A stretch of 64,000 nucleotides of DNA from an uncultured cyanobacterium (GCA_963749915.1 CAVVOP010000017.1:1-64000); one strand, 5' to 3'; numbered from the stretch's first letter, positions 30,342-43,060 are shown. Program-made: numbers and translations. Notes: generated by a model not told the origin, from the letters alone.

Positions 30342-30958
30342 CGAGTTATGAGTTTAGCGGTGGGAGAATGACAATATCTAATCTTATTCTCTATTTTGGG
30401 AAACCCTGCCCCCAGAAAATGCCTCAAAAACCCCCCTAAATTACTTTTTTGTTTAATGCCCAATTCGATTTGCCACCAACCCTGCACATTTTGAGGAGAT
30501 CGCCACAATTCAAGATGAGAAACCGCAGGGGAAGCATAAAAAGCATTTTTATCACCGCCTAAAAGTTTAGAAGTGGTGTGGGTAAAATAATCATGGCTGA
30601 GACGATAACAAGGAAAATCGGCGATTAGTGGCACTCCCCAACCATCAAAAGCGAATAAAACTTTAACTTTTCCTCCGTTTTTTTGCCACAAATTTCCAGC
30701 GATAATTGCACCTACGACTCCGGCACTAAATCCTATGAAAATAATAGGTCTGGAATCCTGACATCGTTTATTCTTGTCAATGATATATTGATAGATATTT
30801 AAACCATCATAGGGTTGAATGTGATCGAGGGGAATAATTAAAGTATTTTCTTCATTAATATCATTAATTATGGTTGCTAAATAAGTAAAAAAATTAGCAG
30901 TTAAAGAAGAAGAATGAAAACCACTACAGATGATATAAAGAGGCAAATTGGATGACAT
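30338..30958 (-). CDS. Alpha/beta-hydrolase-like conserved cyanobacterial protein
   Basis: GFSAGVVGA (GxSxG), DGWGVPL, SHDYFTH, HLELW. Confidence 0.65.
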   Translation of the reverse strand: MSSNLPLYIICSGFHSSSLTANFFTYLATIINDINEENTLIIPLDHIQPYDGLNIYQYIIDKNKRCQDSRPIIFIGFSAGVVGAIIAGNLWQKNGGKVKVLFAFDGWGVPLIADFPCYRLSHDYFTHTTSKLLGGDKNAFYASPAVSHLELWRSPQNVQGWWQIELGIKQKSNLGGFLRHFLGAGFPKIENKIRYCHSPTAKLITR

Positions 30959-31043
30959 TTTTGGGATAATTATAAAAAATAATTACATTTTTGAGTTTAA
31001 TACCATTTTTTTATGTTTTTATAAAAAGCAGTATCCTCTTGTT

Positions 31044-32324
31044 TTATTTGTTGAGAAGTTGAAAAGGGAGTACAATTTTAAACCATGCACCTTTAGTTTC
31101 AGGATGATTATTCGCACTGATCGAGCCTCGATGTGCTTCTATAATTTGCTTAACTATACTTAATCCTAAACCACTGCCACCTCTTGTATTTTTTACCCTT
31201 GATTTATCTCCCCGATATAGTCTATCAAAGATATATGGCAAATCACTAGGGAGAAAACCTGTACCATAATCAATTAAATTGATTTCTAAGAACTTATCAG
31301 AATAATTATGTTGTTTAATATCCACTTTAACAATAATTAAACCTCCGGGATAACTATGTTTAATACTATTATCAAATAAGTTAACAAAGACTTGAGTTAA
31401 AAGATTAATATCTGCTGAAATAAGAATTTTTTCTTGTCCCTGATATTCCAAAGATACTTGTTCTTGATCTGCTAATATTTTTAATGATTGCCATGCGGAT
31501 AATATTAATTGTTTTAAATCTAAATTCTGAAATTTAACCATCTCGTAAGGATTTTGTTCTAAGGTGGAAATTTCAAGCCAATTTTGCACTAAATTTATTA
31601 AACGATTAATTTCTTGGGACATTTGTTGTACCCAAATTTTACCCCTATCATCAGTATATTTCAGTAAAGTTTCTGCTAATAATAACATAGAAGTTAAAGG
31701 AGTTCTCAATTCATGACTTAAATCAGAATAAGTTTCATCTCGCCGTGTAGATAATTCTTTAATGAGTTGTTGATTTTCGATAAAAATACTAACGTTTCCT
31801 GCGGGTAAAGGATAGCTATAGGCTTTTAGAAAAATGGGTTTATAAGTTCCTCTTTTTAGATCTTCTCCTTCTTCTAAAATATAATTAATGGTGGGAAAAA
31901 ACTGCCATTCGATAATTAGTTTTTGTTGAGTTTTGCGAGTTTGTTGGATTAATTGATCTAATTCATAAGAGCGCACTAACTCTAGGAATAATCTTAATAC
32001 TTCAGGATTCCAACGCTCAATATGTAGAAGTTTTTTAGCTTCTTCGTTACATTCTGTTAAACAATTTTCTTTGTTTATTCTTAAATAACCAATAGGAATT
32101 TCTTTGATTAAGTAATGATGAAGATCCAGCTCTAATTGGCTATGATAAAAACAATTATTAAGCAAGTTAACCTTACGCCTAACTTGAGCTATTTTTGAGA
32201 AAGAACTGACGGGTCCAAATTGCGATAACGAATCTAAAATATCGGTTAATTGAATGCTAATTTGATAATCTTTCCAAAGACAAATAATTAAGCCAACGGC
32301 TAAACCACCCAAAAAATAGAACAT
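31044..32324 (-). CDS. sphS: Phosphate-sensing histidine kinase (PhoR/SphS)
   Basis: SHELRTPLT, NLFDNSIKH, DYGTGF, GSGLGLSI; directly downstream of the PhoB-like regulator. Confidence 0.85.
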   Translation of the reverse strand: MFYFLGGLAVGLIICLWKDYQISIQLTDILDSLSQFGPVSSFSKIAQVRRKVNLLNNCFYHSQLELDLHHYLIKEIPIGYLRINKENCLTECNEEAKKLLHIERWNPEVLRLFLELVRSYELDQLIQQTRKTQQKLIIEWQFFPTINYILEEGEDLKRGTYKPIFLKAYSYPLPAGNVSIFIENQQLIKELSTRRDETYSDLSHELRTPLTSMLLLAETLLKYTDDRGKIWVQQMSQEINRLINLVQNWLEISTLEQNPYEMVKFQNLDLKQLILSAWQSLKILADQEQVSLEYQGQEKILISADINLLTQVFVNLFDNSIKHSYPGGLIIVKVDIKQHNYSDKFLEINLIDYGTGFLPSDLPYIFDRLYRGDKSRVKNTRGGSGLGLSIVKQIIEAHRGSISANNHPETKGAWFKIVLPFQLLNK

Positions 32325-32438
32325 TCATAAAAAACTTGACGGCTAGTCTAAATAAGCAATTAACTATAAATAAATAATCTTGATTCTTGACCAACAACAG
32401 CAAAAACGATAATTGTCAACTAATTGTCAATGGTCAAT

Positions 32439-33194
32439 TTAACCAAATCTGTAGCCAAATCCCCGGACGGTGGTTAAATACTCAGGATTACTGGGGTCTT
32501 TCTCTAATTTTTCCCGTAACCAACGAATATGCACATCAACGGTCTTCGTATCTCCCATAAAATCCGCACCCCAAATATTTTCGATTAATTGTTCTCTATT
32601 CCATACCCTTTTAGGATAAGTCATAAATAGTTCCAACAAACGAAATTCTTTTGGTGAAAGATTAACTTCTTCTCCTCTTACAATAACTCTACATTCCTCT
32701 AACAACAGAGTAATATCCTTAAATTGATGTACTGAATGTGAGGTTATACTATTTAAAGAATTGCGGCGTAATAAAGCACGACAACGAGCAATTAATTCCT
32801 TCATACTAAAGGGTTTCGTTAAATAATCGTCGGCACCAACTTCCAACCCTAAAACTCGATCGGTTTCGGTGGCTTTGGCACTTAAAATTAAGACGGGAAT
32901 CGTATTACCACGATAACGAAGTAAACGACAAATATCCAGACCGTTAACCTCCGGTAACATTAAGTCTAAGATAATCATCTCCATATTATCATTGCCTGAG
33001 CCTCGCAAGTACTCACCCTCAAGGATATTTAGTGCTTCTCTGCCGTTATTGCTTTTAATCACCTCGTATCCCTCTTCTTCGAGATTCAAGGCAATCATGT
33101 TCCTTATCAATTCTTCATCTTCCACCAACAGAATACGACCGGATGACTGTATTCTTTCACGGGCGGCAACACTGGGTAAGTCCAGGGACAACAT
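32439..33194 (-). CDS. sphR: Phosphate-regulon response regulator (PhoB/SphR)
   Basis: REC plus OmpR wHTH; GDTKTVDVHIRWLREKLEKDPS. Confidence 0.85.
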   Translation of the reverse strand: MLSLDLPSVAARERIQSSGRILLVEDEELIRNMIALNLEEEGYEVIKSNNGREALNILEGEYLRGSGNDNMEMIILDLMLPEVNGLDICRLLRYRGNTIPVLILSAKATETDRVLGLEVGADDYLTKPFSMKELIARCRALLRRNSLNSITSHSVHQFKDITLLLEECRVIVRGEEVNLSPKEFRLLELFMTYPKRVWNREQLIENIWGADFMGDTKTVDVHIRWLREKLEKDPSNPEYLTTVRGFGYRFG

Positions 33195-33359
33195 AAAAAT
33201 TTCTCTACATTTTTTTCCTACTTACATATATAACAGAAAGATCCAAAATGAACAATAGACAATTTTTATACTAGACCTCTCGCAAAAATAGATTTCTCGG
33301 TTAGGTAATTTTGGATCTCCTGGTCGGCATTCCCTCTCTTGGTGGACGTTCCCTTGAAA

Positions 33360-35018
33360 TTACTTATTGCTTAAAAATTTCGGTGCAGCAGCTAAAAGAC
33401 TTTGTGTATAAGGATGTTGAGGGTTATTAAACACTGTCTCGGTGTCTCCCAATTCCACGATTTTACCCTGATTCATGACAGCAATGCGATCACATAAAAA
33501 TCTAGCTACGGATAAATCATGGGTAATAAATAAATAAGTTAGCTTAAATTCGGCTTTTAGTTCTAAAATCAAATCTAACACTTGTGCTTGTATCGTTGCA
33601 TCTAACATACTTACAGGTTCATCACAAATCACCAGCTTCGGGTTAGTGATCAATGCCCTTGCGATCGCAACTCTTTGTTGTTGTCCCCCTGAAAGTTCCT
33701 TCGGGTAACGATTGTAGTACTCTTGGGGGTTTAATCCCACTCGATTTAACATTGCTTCCACCCGTTGCTGATTTTCTTGATTATTGCCTAATTTATGGAT
33801 TAATAAAGGCTCAATTATTGACTCTCCTATGGTCATCACGGGGTTAAGACAAGCGTGAGGATCTTGGAATATCATCTGTATTTCCTTGCGTAAACCTCTA
33901 ATTTCTCTTTCGGGTAAACTGGTTAAATCTTGATTATCAAAATTAACTTGACCACTGGTCGCTCTAATTAGTTGTAAAATTGTGCGAGATAGGGTACTTT
34001 TTCCACAACCAGATTCTCCTACTAATCCTAAAATTTCCCCTGGCCATATTTGTAGGTTAAGATCATCCACAGCTTTAATAGTTTGAGATTTTTTGCCTAA
34101 AATTTGCTCAATAAAATTCGTTTCTAGAGTATAGTATTGTTTCAGGTTTTTCAATTCCAACAACGGGGTTTCCTTTTCTTTTTTATCCGTTACTTCTTCA
34201 TTAACTAATTCCCAGGGTCGATGTAGGTGGAACGCCGCCGCTAACAACGATTTCGTATATTCGTGATTCGGTGATAACATTACTTGTTCCACTTTTCCTA
34301 TTTCTACCATCTTACCTTGATACATTACCCCGATGCGATCGCAATATTTTCCCACCATGGCTAAATCGTGGGAAATTAACAATAAAGCCATATCACGATA
34401 TCGACACAAAGAAGTTAACTCCTCTAAAATTTCTGAAGCAATGGTAACATCAAGGCTGGTGGTTGGTTCATCGGCTACAATTAATTTCGGTTCCAATAAT
34501 AAGGCCAGTGCGATGGCCACCCGTTGACGCATACCCCCACTAAATTCATGGGGATACTGGTTAAACCTATCCGGGGAAATTCTGACTGTAGCCAGAGTCA
34601 ATAAGGCTTTTTCCTTGGCTTCCTTCTGGGATAACTGGGGTTGATGTGCTTTCAAAGTTTCAATACAATGGTCCCCAATGGTCATTAAAGGATCTAATCT
34701 GGTCATGGGATCTTGAAATATTAAAGCAACCGCCTCCCCTCTAAATTTACGCAAGGCTTGATGATTATAGGCAAAAATCGCCTCTTGCTTAAAATTTGCC
34801 GAACCCTCAACGTAGGCTTTTTCGGGCAATAATCGTACTACAGCTCGTCCTAATGTGGATTTTCCACAACCAGATTCCCCCACTAAACCTAAAATTTCTC
34901 CATAATTCAAGTCAAAAGAAACATCATTAATAGCCCAAGTAATGCAGTCATCACCGTTATTAGTAGCACCATAAGCAACTCGAAGATTAATGATTTCTAA
35001 TAGAGGTGAGTTCATCAT
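33360..35018 (-). CDS. Dipeptide/oligopeptide ABC transporter, fused double ATPase
   Basis: Two GESGCGKST motifs, FSGGMRQR and LSGGQQQR, HPYT tail. Confidence 0.9.
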   Translation of the reverse strand: MMNSPLLEIINLRVAYGATNNGDDCITWAINDVSFDLNYGEILGLVGESGCGKSTLGRAVVRLLPEKAYVEGSANFKQEAIFAYNHQALRKFRGEAVALIFQDPMTRLDPLMTIGDHCIETLKAHQPQLSQKEAKEKALLTLATVRISPDRFNQYPHEFSGGMRQRVAIALALLLEPKLIVADEPTTSLDVTIASEILEELTSLCRYRDMALLLISHDLAMVGKYCDRIGVMYQGKMVEIGKVEQVMLSPNHEYTKSLLAAAFHLHRPWELVNEEVTDKKEKETPLLELKNLKQYYTLETNFIEQILGKKSQTIKAVDDLNLQIWPGEILGLVGESGCGKSTLSRTILQLIRATSGQVNFDNQDLTSLPEREIRGLRKEIQMIFQDPHACLNPVMTIGESIIEPLLIHKLGNNQENQQRVEAMLNRVGLNPQEYYNRYPKELSGGQQQRVAIARALITNPKLVICDEPVSMLDATIQAQVLDLILELKAEFKLTYLFITHDLSVARFLCDRIAVMNQGKIVELGDTETVFNNPQHPYTQSLLAAAPKFLSNK

Positions 35019-35075
35019 GGATAATGTGGGAAAGGGGAGATATTAACTATTAATTATCAATTATCAGTTCTTTAA

Positions 35076-36074
<999 letters not shown>

Positions 36075-36185
36075 TCACCTCAATATAAAATTTTAAATTT
36101 AATGAGCAATCTTATATCGTACCTTAAAATTATTAATATATGATAATTAAAAGAAATTTTTCCGTTATCTCAGAATGTAAGTATT

Positions 36186-37325
36186 ATGATCGTTATCGGG
36201 TTGATGAGTGGGACTTCTGTGGATGGAATTGATACTGCTGTGGTTGACATTCAAGGCAAAGGATTAGGCTTAAAAGTTAACCTGTTGAGAGGACAAACTT
36301 TTCCTTATTCTCCCTCTTTACGCAGGAAAATTCTTCAAGTTTGTGAGGGGGATTCTCTTTCCATGGCGACACTTGCCCAATTAGATCATGAGATCGCCTC
36401 TGAATTCGCCCAAGGGGCTTTAAATATCATCCCTGAAAATATCAAAGTAGATTTAATTGGTTCCCATGGTCAAACAGTATATCATCAACCACCCCACAAA
36501 CACCAGTTAGGCTATAGCTTACAGTTAGGTAGGGGAGATGCCATCGCCCATTTAACAGGCATCAATACCGTGAGTAATTTTAGGGCGGCAGATATTGCCC
36601 TTGGGGGACAGGGTGCACCTTTGGTGTCTAAAATTGATTTATGTTTATACCATCATCCCCGTCACAGTCGTTGTTTACAAAATATCGGTGGTATCGGTAA
36701 CGCTACTTATGTACCTTCAACTCATAGATCAGAATGGCAAGAAAAAGTTATTGGTTGGGATACAGGACCTGGTAATGCTTTAATAGATTTGGCAGTGCAA
36801 GAATTAACCAATAATCAACAGACTTTTGACTTTAACGGTGATTGGAGTCGTCGGGGTAAGCCATGTCAACCTTTAATTAAACAATGGTTAAAAGAAGACT
36901 TTTTTCACCAAAAACCGCCAAAATCCACAGGTAGGGAATTATTTGGTCATATTTACTTGGAAAAGTGTCGTCAATCTGCGCAAAAGTATCATTTAAGTGA
37001 CGCTGATTGGTTAGCGACCTTGACGGAACTAACTGTTGCTTCTATTGCCGACAGTTATCATCGTTTTTTACCTTTTTTGCCCCATGAGGTTATTTTAGCA
37101 GGAGGAGGTAGTCGTAACAGTTACCTAAAAGAGCGTTTACAAAGTTATCTCCCTAATAGTTATTTACTCACCAGTGATGATTTAGGTATCAGTAGCGAAT
37201 TTAAAGAAGCCATGGCCTTTGCTATTTTAGCCTATTGGCATGTTAATAATTATGAAGGAAATTTACCCAATGTTACAGGAGCGAAAAAAGAAGTTGTTTT
37301 AGGGCAAATGTATCAAGCAATTTAA
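36186..37325 (+). CDS. anmK: Anhydro-N-acetylmuramic acid kinase
   Basis: IGLMSGTSVDGID, GSHGQT, GGQGAPL, NIGGIGN, DTGPGN, PPKSTGRELF. Confidence 0.96.
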   Translation: MIVIGLMSGTSVDGIDTAVVDIQGKGLGLKVNLLRGQTFPYSPSLRRKILQVCEGDSLSMATLAQLDHEIASEFAQGALNIIPENIKVDLIGSHGQTVYHQPPHKHQLGYSLQLGRGDAIAHLTGINTVSNFRAADIALGGQGAPLVSKIDLCLYHHPRHSRCLQNIGGIGNATYVPSTHRSEWQEKVIGWDTGPGNALIDLAVQELTNNQQTFDFNGDWSRRGKPCQPLIKQWLKEDFFHQKPPKSTGRELFGHIYLEKCRQSAQKYHLSDADWLATLTELTVASIADSYHRFLPFLPHEVILAGGGSRNSYLKERLQSYLPNSYLLTSDDLGISSEFKEAMAFAILAYWHVNNYEGNLPNVTGAKKEVVLGQMYQAI

Positions 37326-38242
37326 ACAATTAAAAATTTGCTCGAGCAATCAACATCCCCCCGTAAACAAAATTGTTCTCAATAAACAACATTGATTTAA
37401 ATTAATTGTCCATTGTCCATTGTCCATTATCAATGGCGAATCATCTGGAATTTTGAGTAGAATTAGTTGGAAATTTGATTTTTTTATGTGCTATGGTTAA
37501 TAGGACATAAACTATCAATAAATAAAGCAGAGCAAGAATTGGTATTAGCATAAATAAATCTCCATCAGTTGCAATTTTGGGGTCAGTTAATTAGGATTAT
37601 TTAGGTTAAATAAACACGAAACTCTTATATACTACAACCGTAAAAATCTAGTATAAATCAGAGTTAAATGTTTTTTGGAGATGTTTTAACAGGTGTTTTT
37701 ATCTTCTTGATTGATAGCAATAGATAAAATATCTGTCTATGATCTGGCAAATAAGGACGGGCACATCTTTTATCATTCACAAATCTTGATCAAGATGCAC
37801 TATTCTAATTTATTTCTGTCACCAACATTTCAGTTTTCAACATCACAGAAAAGTCATTACTTTCTGATTCAGTCAACTCTACACTGGGAATGGTCAGCTA
37901 CAAGATCAATATATATAACCGTCGCCCGTATCTATATGAGATTACTCTCTTAAAATATCTAAGGCTAAGTTCACCGAGGGTAACAATTGTAGTCTAGGAT
38001 TTTTTCGTTCTGAGATTTATTGTTACTCACATATATAAAATAACATAAATTGACATTTATGGGAAGGACAAAAAATTTTTTTTTTGATCGTTAATCCTGA
38101 TAAATCGGCATTTTTATTGTATATGAACTATAATTCAGAGAAAAAATCACCAATTCTGATCTCAGGAAGGGAAACCATAGCTTAAAATAATAATAAGATA
38201 TGTGAACTTTCGTAAACTATTTTTATAGATAACTACTCATCA

Positions 38243-39214
38243 ATGACAACTGCAATCTCTCTATTTGCCCCCGTAGAACAAGATTTATCACTACTAATTG
38301 ATAACTTAACCACTTTGGTAGAGGCACAGCATCCCATCTTAGGTGCGGCGGCAGAGCATTTATTTAGTGCTGGGGGGAAAAGAATTCGCCCGGCGATTGT
38401 TTTATTAGTTTCTCGTGCTACATTAGATGGTCAAGATTTGACTCCTAGACATCGGCGTTTAGCAGAAATTACGGAAATGATTCACACCGCCAGTCTTGTT
38501 CATGATGATGTAGTTGATGACGCGGAAGTAAGAAGACAAGTGCCAACAGTTAACACTCTTTTTGGCAATAGAATTGCCGTGTTAGCCGGGGATTTTTTGT
38601 TTGCACAATCTTCATGGTATTTGGCCAATTTAGATAATCTTCAAGTAGTTAAATTATTGTCGGAAGTTATTAGGGATTTTGCAGAGGGAGAAATTCAGCA
38701 AGGGTTAAGTTGTTTTGATACGGATGTAACCTTGGAAAAATATTTACAAAAAAGTTATTTCAAAACCGCTTCTTTGATCGCTAATAGTGGCAAAGCAGCA
38801 GCGGTTTTGAGTAATGCGGGGGAACAGGTGGCCAATAAAATTTATAGTTATGGGTGCAATCTTGGTTTAGCTTTTCAAATTGTCGATGATATATTCGATT
38901 TCACTGCTTCCGAGGAGGTATTAGGGAAACCTGTGGCTTCGGATTTAGCTAGTGGTAATCTTACTATACCTGTATTATTTGCCATGGAGCAAAAACCATT
39001 CTTAAAAATTTTGATTGAGAGAGAATTTAGTGAGGAAGGCGATTTAGAACAGGCGTTGGAATTGGTTAATAATAGTGATGGTATTGAAAAATCTAGGGGC
39101 TTGGCTTACTATTATAGCCAACTAGCATTACAAGATTTGGACTGTTTACCAAAATCTCCGGCTAGGGATTCTCTTGTGGAGTTAACAGATTATGTTTTAA
39201 GTCGGATAAAATAA
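38243..39214 (+). CDS. sds: Solanesyl diphosphate synthase (polyprenyl synthetase)
   Basis: GGKRIRP, HTASLVHDDVVD, FQIVDDIFD; FAQSSWYLANLDN as in cyanobacterial Sds. Confidence 0.9.
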   Translation: MTTAISLFAPVEQDLSLLIDNLTTLVEAQHPILGAAAEHLFSAGGKRIRPAIVLLVSRATLDGQDLTPRHRRLAEITEMIHTASLVHDDVVDDAEVRRQVPTVNTLFGNRIAVLAGDFLFAQSSWYLANLDNLQVVKLLSEVIRDFAEGEIQQGLSCFDTDVTLEKYLQKSYFKTASLIANSGKAAAVLSNAGEQVANKIYSYGCNLGLAFQIVDDIFDFTASEEVLGKPVASDLASGNLTIPVLFAMEQKPFLKILIEREFSEEGDLEQALELVNNSDGIEKSRGLAYYYSQLALQDLDCLPKSPARDSLVELTDYVLSRIK

Positions 39215-39289
39215 CTCTCAATAAATAGTTTATGAATGCCCTTATGGTCTAGATCCCATAAATCTGCCGATACTGGGGCAATTAGTACT

Positions 39290-39390
39290 ACTGGTCTGCC
39301 AATTTTGAAATGAGGGATGAAACAATCTTCCAAAATCCAAAATCCAAAATTATCCGTTCCCAGTCCCTCAAAACTATCTTGACAGACCAA
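39290..39390. mobile_element. MITE-like element, copy 1
   Basis: TGGTCTGCCAA...TTGACAGACCA terminal inverted repeats, TACT direct repeats at 39286-39289 and 39391-39394; near-identical inverted copy at 46740-46834. Confidence 0.85.
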
Positions 39391-39463
39391 TACTCCTGTT
39401 TGTTATTTTGGTGATAAAATCAAATAACGAAGGGCGAAAACAGATTTCTCACTATTAACTATT

Positions 39464-39670
39464 ATGACTATTTGGGTTAACGAACAAAAAGATAGCTGTG
39501 GGATCATTCAGGCTTGTATTGCTACAACTAATCAGCAAGTGGCAGAAGATTGTCATACTAATTGGCAGGAAGAACTAACACCCCAGCAAAAAGAGCAAGG
39601 ATGGGAAGTTATAATTAAAACCGTTGCTGATTGGGATGATGTGCCTGTTAATGCCCTAAAACTTAATTAA
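39464..39670 (+). CDS. Small conserved cyanobacterial hypothetical protein
   Basis: MTIWVNEQ.D..G....CIA......A..CH..W...L......GW......WDDVP pattern. Confidence 0.75.
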   Translation: MTIWVNEQKDSCGIIQACIATTNQQVAEDCHTNWQEELTPQQKEQGWEVIIKTVADWDDVPVNALKLN

Positions 39671-39819
39671 CCTCGGTTTTGGATAAGCTAAAACTTCGAT
39701 TATTTGGTACTGAAGAATGATTATAGACACTAAAGCCTATTCCCTGTCTTCCTTGTCTTACCCCCAAATGGTTTGTGTAAAAGGGATATAATCAAAATTT
39801 AACTGCTAATTTGTAATTG

Positions 39820-40239
39820 TTACTGATTAGCAACTGCTTTGCTATATAGTTGTCGAATAGATCGAATAATTTGCTTGAAAGTAGAGTTTTTACCCTGGGA
39901 TTGGGGATCTAAATTTTGTAAACGGCTTAAAAGTTTCGCCTCTTGAATATCAACATCACCATCACTGTAAACTAAAGCACTAATAGCTTCTAATAGTTTT
40001 TGATAATCTTCCGTAGTCGGATTCTTGCCTAAATATTCTTCTAACCATTGATAACAATCAGAAGCATTAATGGGTTTTATTTCTGACAATAAAGATTTGA
40101 TTTCTGGATCCTCCTCAAGGTGGTTTTCTGTCACCATTTTTTTTAAATATTCTCTTTCTTGAGATTGAATAATACCATCAATCCATGCCGTGCCTGCCAA
40201 AATTTTAATTAACAATTTAGTTTTGATATCTCCCGTCAT
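39820..40239 (-). CDS. TerB-family protein
   Basis: AWIDGIIQ..EREYL and YSDGDVDIQEAKLL repeated motifs. Confidence 0.85.
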   Translation of the reverse strand: MTGDIKTKLLIKILAGTAWIDGIIQSQEREYLKKMVTENHLEEDPEIKSLLSEIKPINASDCYQWLEEYLGKNPTTEDYQKLLEAISALVYSDGDVDIQEAKLLSRLQNLDPQSQGKNSTFKQIIRSIRQLYSKAVANQ

Positions 40240-40242
40240 AAG

Positions 40243-41583
40243 TTAATCTCCTTTAATTAATTTAGTCATAAAAAATCCGTCCATTTCATCCACCGGAGGA
40301 AATATTTTGATCATCCCCTTAGATGTTATCGAAAAATTCAAATCTGAATCATCATTTTTTATCTCTAATCGCCATAAAGGATTATTTTCTATAAATTTGG
40401 CGATAATGTTCTCATTTTCTTGTTTATTTAAGGTACAAGTAGAATAAACTAATATGCCACCATTTTTGACCCACTTTGCTGAATTCTCAAGGATCTTTAA
40501 CTGTAATTCCGTCAGTGGTTTCATATCTTCTGGTTTTTTGCGCCAACGAATATCAGGATTTTTATGTAATGTGCCTAAGCCTGAACAGGGTACGTCTACT
40601 AACACTTTATCAGCTTTATTTTCCCACAATTTTAACTCGCTACTATCACCCTCCACCACTTGAATAGATTTTAACTTCAATCTTTCGGCATTTTCCGTTA
40701 CTTTTTTTAACCTTGAGAAGTAACGATCGCACCCAATAATTAAACCAGTATCTTGCATTAACTCCGCAATATGGGTCGTTTTACCCCCTGGTGCCGCACA
40801 AGCATCTATGATGGTATCAGTAGGTTGGGGATTAAGAAAATGAGTGACAAGTTGAGCACTAGCATCTTGAATGGTAAATAAACCCTCTTTAAAACAATCC
40901 AATTTAGTGATATTTCCCGCCGAACTAGTTAACCTTAAACCATAAGGAAGGTGTGGCAAACAAGTTGTTTCAATGCCATGATTAAGTAGAGTTTGTTGTA
41001 AATTTTCCCTCGTAGTTTGTAGGGAATTAATCCTTAAATCAGTACTAGGGGTTTGATTATACCAATTTAATAATTTTTTGGTCTGTTTAACGTTAAATTG
41101 TTCTACAAAAAGGGAGACTAACCAATCAGGAAAACTATATTTGACCCCAAGATGGGGAATAAAATCCGAAGGTAAAATTAAAGGGTCATTTTCTGCTGAT
41201 AGTCTAATATAGGATCGTAAAATACCATTAACGACCCCCGAAAGTTTAGACAAACCATTATTTTTGGCTAAGTCCACGCTAGTGTTAACCGCCGCCGACT
41301 CGGGAATTTTATCAAGATAACGTAATTGATATAACCCCAATTGCAGAATGATACGCAAGTTTAACGGTTGTGCAGAAGCCTTTTTTGTAGCCAATTGATT
41401 GATGAGACTATCAAGAGTTCGTTTTCGTCTGACTATACCGTACACTAATTCTGACACTAAATTGCCATGGAAGGGAGAAGTAGAAGCTGAAGAAAAAACC
41501 CTAGCCAACGCAATGTCAGTGTAAGCCTGACGTTGGTAGATATTTTGTAAAGCCTGAAAAGCTAATTGACGGGGATTATTCAT
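40243..41583 (-). CDS. rsmB: 16S rRNA m5C967 methyltransferase
   Basis: NusB-like N-terminus, IQDASAQ, DACAAPGGKTTH, DVPCSGLG, YSTCT. Confidence 0.95.
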   Translation of the reverse strand: MNNPRQLAFQALQNIYQRQAYTDIALARVFSSASTSPFHGNLVSELVYGIVRRKRTLDSLINQLATKKASAQPLNLRIILQLGLYQLRYLDKIPESAAVNTSVDLAKNNGLSKLSGVVNGILRSYIRLSAENDPLILPSDFIPHLGVKYSFPDWLVSLFVEQFNVKQTKKLLNWYNQTPSTDLRINSLQTTRENLQQTLLNHGIETTCLPHLPYGLRLTSSAGNITKLDCFKEGLFTIQDASAQLVTHFLNPQPTDTIIDACAAPGGKTTHIAELMQDTGLIIGCDRYFSRLKKVTENAERLKLKSIQVVEGDSSELKLWENKADKVLVDVPCSGLGTLHKNPDIRWRKKPEDMKPLTELQLKILENSAKWVKNGGILVYSTCTLNKQENENIIAKFIENNPLWRLEIKNDDSDLNFSITSKGMIKIFPPVDEMDGFFMTKLIKGD

Positions 41584-41672
41584 TATAAAATCTATTTACA
41601 ACGCCCTTAAATCCCCCCCGATTATGGGCTTTTTTTCCCTCAAAAGTAGGGGTCGGGGGGCAAAAAAATTAC

Positions 41673-42857
41673 TTATCGATCGACAGAGCCCATGATCACA
41701 TCAATACTACCGAGAATTGCCATAATATCAGCAACCTTTACACCCTTGAGTAAGTGGGGAAGAATCTGTAAATTATTGAAATCAGGGGCACGAATTTTCC
41801 AACGCCAAGGGAAAACATCATCATTACCAACAATAAAAATCCCTAACTCGCCCTTACCACTCTCAAGACGCACATAATGTTCTCCTACTGGTATTTTAAA
41901 AGTAGGGGCAACTTTTTTGGCAATGTATTGATAATCAAAATCATTCCACTGGGATTTTTTCCCCTCTTGAAGTCTTTTTGCCTCCAAATTTTCATAAGGT
42001 CCACCGGGTAACCCTTCTAAAGCCTGACGAATAATTTTCACCGATTCGCGCATTTCGCGGATACGGACAATATAACGGGAAAAACAATCTCCTGCCGTTT
42101 CCCATTGCACATCCCAGTCAAAATCATCATAACATTCATAATGATCGACTTTGCGCAAATCCCATTTTACCCCAGAGGCACGCAACATGGGTCCGGATAA
42201 ACCCCAGTTAATAGCCTGTTGACGGGTAATAGTACCAAGTCCTTCAACTCGTTTACGGAAAATGGGATTATTAGTGATTAGCTTCTCATACTCGTCAACT
42301 TTGGGTAAGAAATAATCGCAAAAATCTTGACACTTATCAACCCAACCGTAAGGCAGATCTACAGCCAAGCCACCGATACGGAAATAGTTGTTATTAATTA
42401 AACGCATCCCCGTGGCTGATTCCCACAGATCATAAATCATCTCTCTTTCACGGAAGATATAGAAAAAGGGAGTTTGTGCACCTACATCCGCCAAAAAAGG
42501 ACCAAGCCATAGTAAATGATTAGCGATGCGATTCAACTCTAACATAATTGCCCGAATATATTGTGCTCGTTTCGGCACTGGTATATCCGCCAACTTCTCG
42601 GGTGCATTAACTGTAATGGCCTCGTTGAACATCCCTGCGGCATAATCCCAACGACTAACATAAGGTACATACATTATATTAGTGCGATTTTCGGCGATTT
42701 TTTCCATGCCACGATGTAAATAACCAATGACTGGCTCACAATCCACTACGTCTTCACCATCAAGGGTGACAATTAACCTCAAAACCCCGTGCATAGAGGG
42801 ATGGTGAGGTCCCATGTTCAGTACCATGGGTTCTGTTCTCGTTTCGATTTTAGCCAT
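41673..42857 (-). CDS. ndhH: NAD(P)H-quinone oxidoreductase (NDH-1) subunit H
   Basis: [25 protein letters not shown]-terminal IMGSVDR. Confidence 0.98.
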   Translation of the reverse strand: MAKIETRTEPMVLNMGPHHPSMHGVLRLIVTLDGEDVVDCEPVIGYLHRGMEKIAENRTNIMYVPYVSRWDYAAGMFNEAITVNAPEKLADIPVPKRAQYIRAIMLELNRIANHLLWLGPFLADVGAQTPFFYIFREREMIYDLWESATGMRLINNNYFRIGGLAVDLPYGWVDKCQDFCDYFLPKVDEYEKLITNNPIFRKRVEGLGTITRQQAINWGLSGPMLRASGVKWDLRKVDHYECYDDFDWDVQWETAGDCFSRYIVRIREMRESVKIIRQALEGLPGGPYENLEAKRLQEGKKSQWNDFDYQYIAKKVAPTFKIPVGEHYVRLESGKGELGIFIVGNDDVFPWRWKIRAPDFNNLQILPHLLKGVKVADIMAILGSIDVIMGSVDR

Positions 42858-43060
42858 AAAGCTGATAATTTAATGGTTAAATTAATATTCCTTGAGAGAG
42901 TATTACCTTGTTAATGTCTTGTACACCAAAAGGTCTATAAATCTATGATAGGATTTTTAAGTAACAATTTGTTTACTTTTCTTAAACTATCACATATCAT
43001 TTAATTTTAAGTTAGAATCAGATACTTAATCTTTATAAAAATAATAAGCATTTATACTCA

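Noticed and set aside
33271..33290. CTAGACCTCTCGCAAAA resembling a cyanobacterial IS/MITE terminus
   Set aside because: Single end only, with no partner repeat or target duplication
37711..37953. 80-aa ORF in the anmK-sds gap
   Set aside because: TTG start and no recognisable motifs; not supportable as a gene
39190..39390. 66-aa ORF, and the related 68-aa ORF at 46760-46966
   Set aside because: Translations of the MITE and IS4 remnant, not genes
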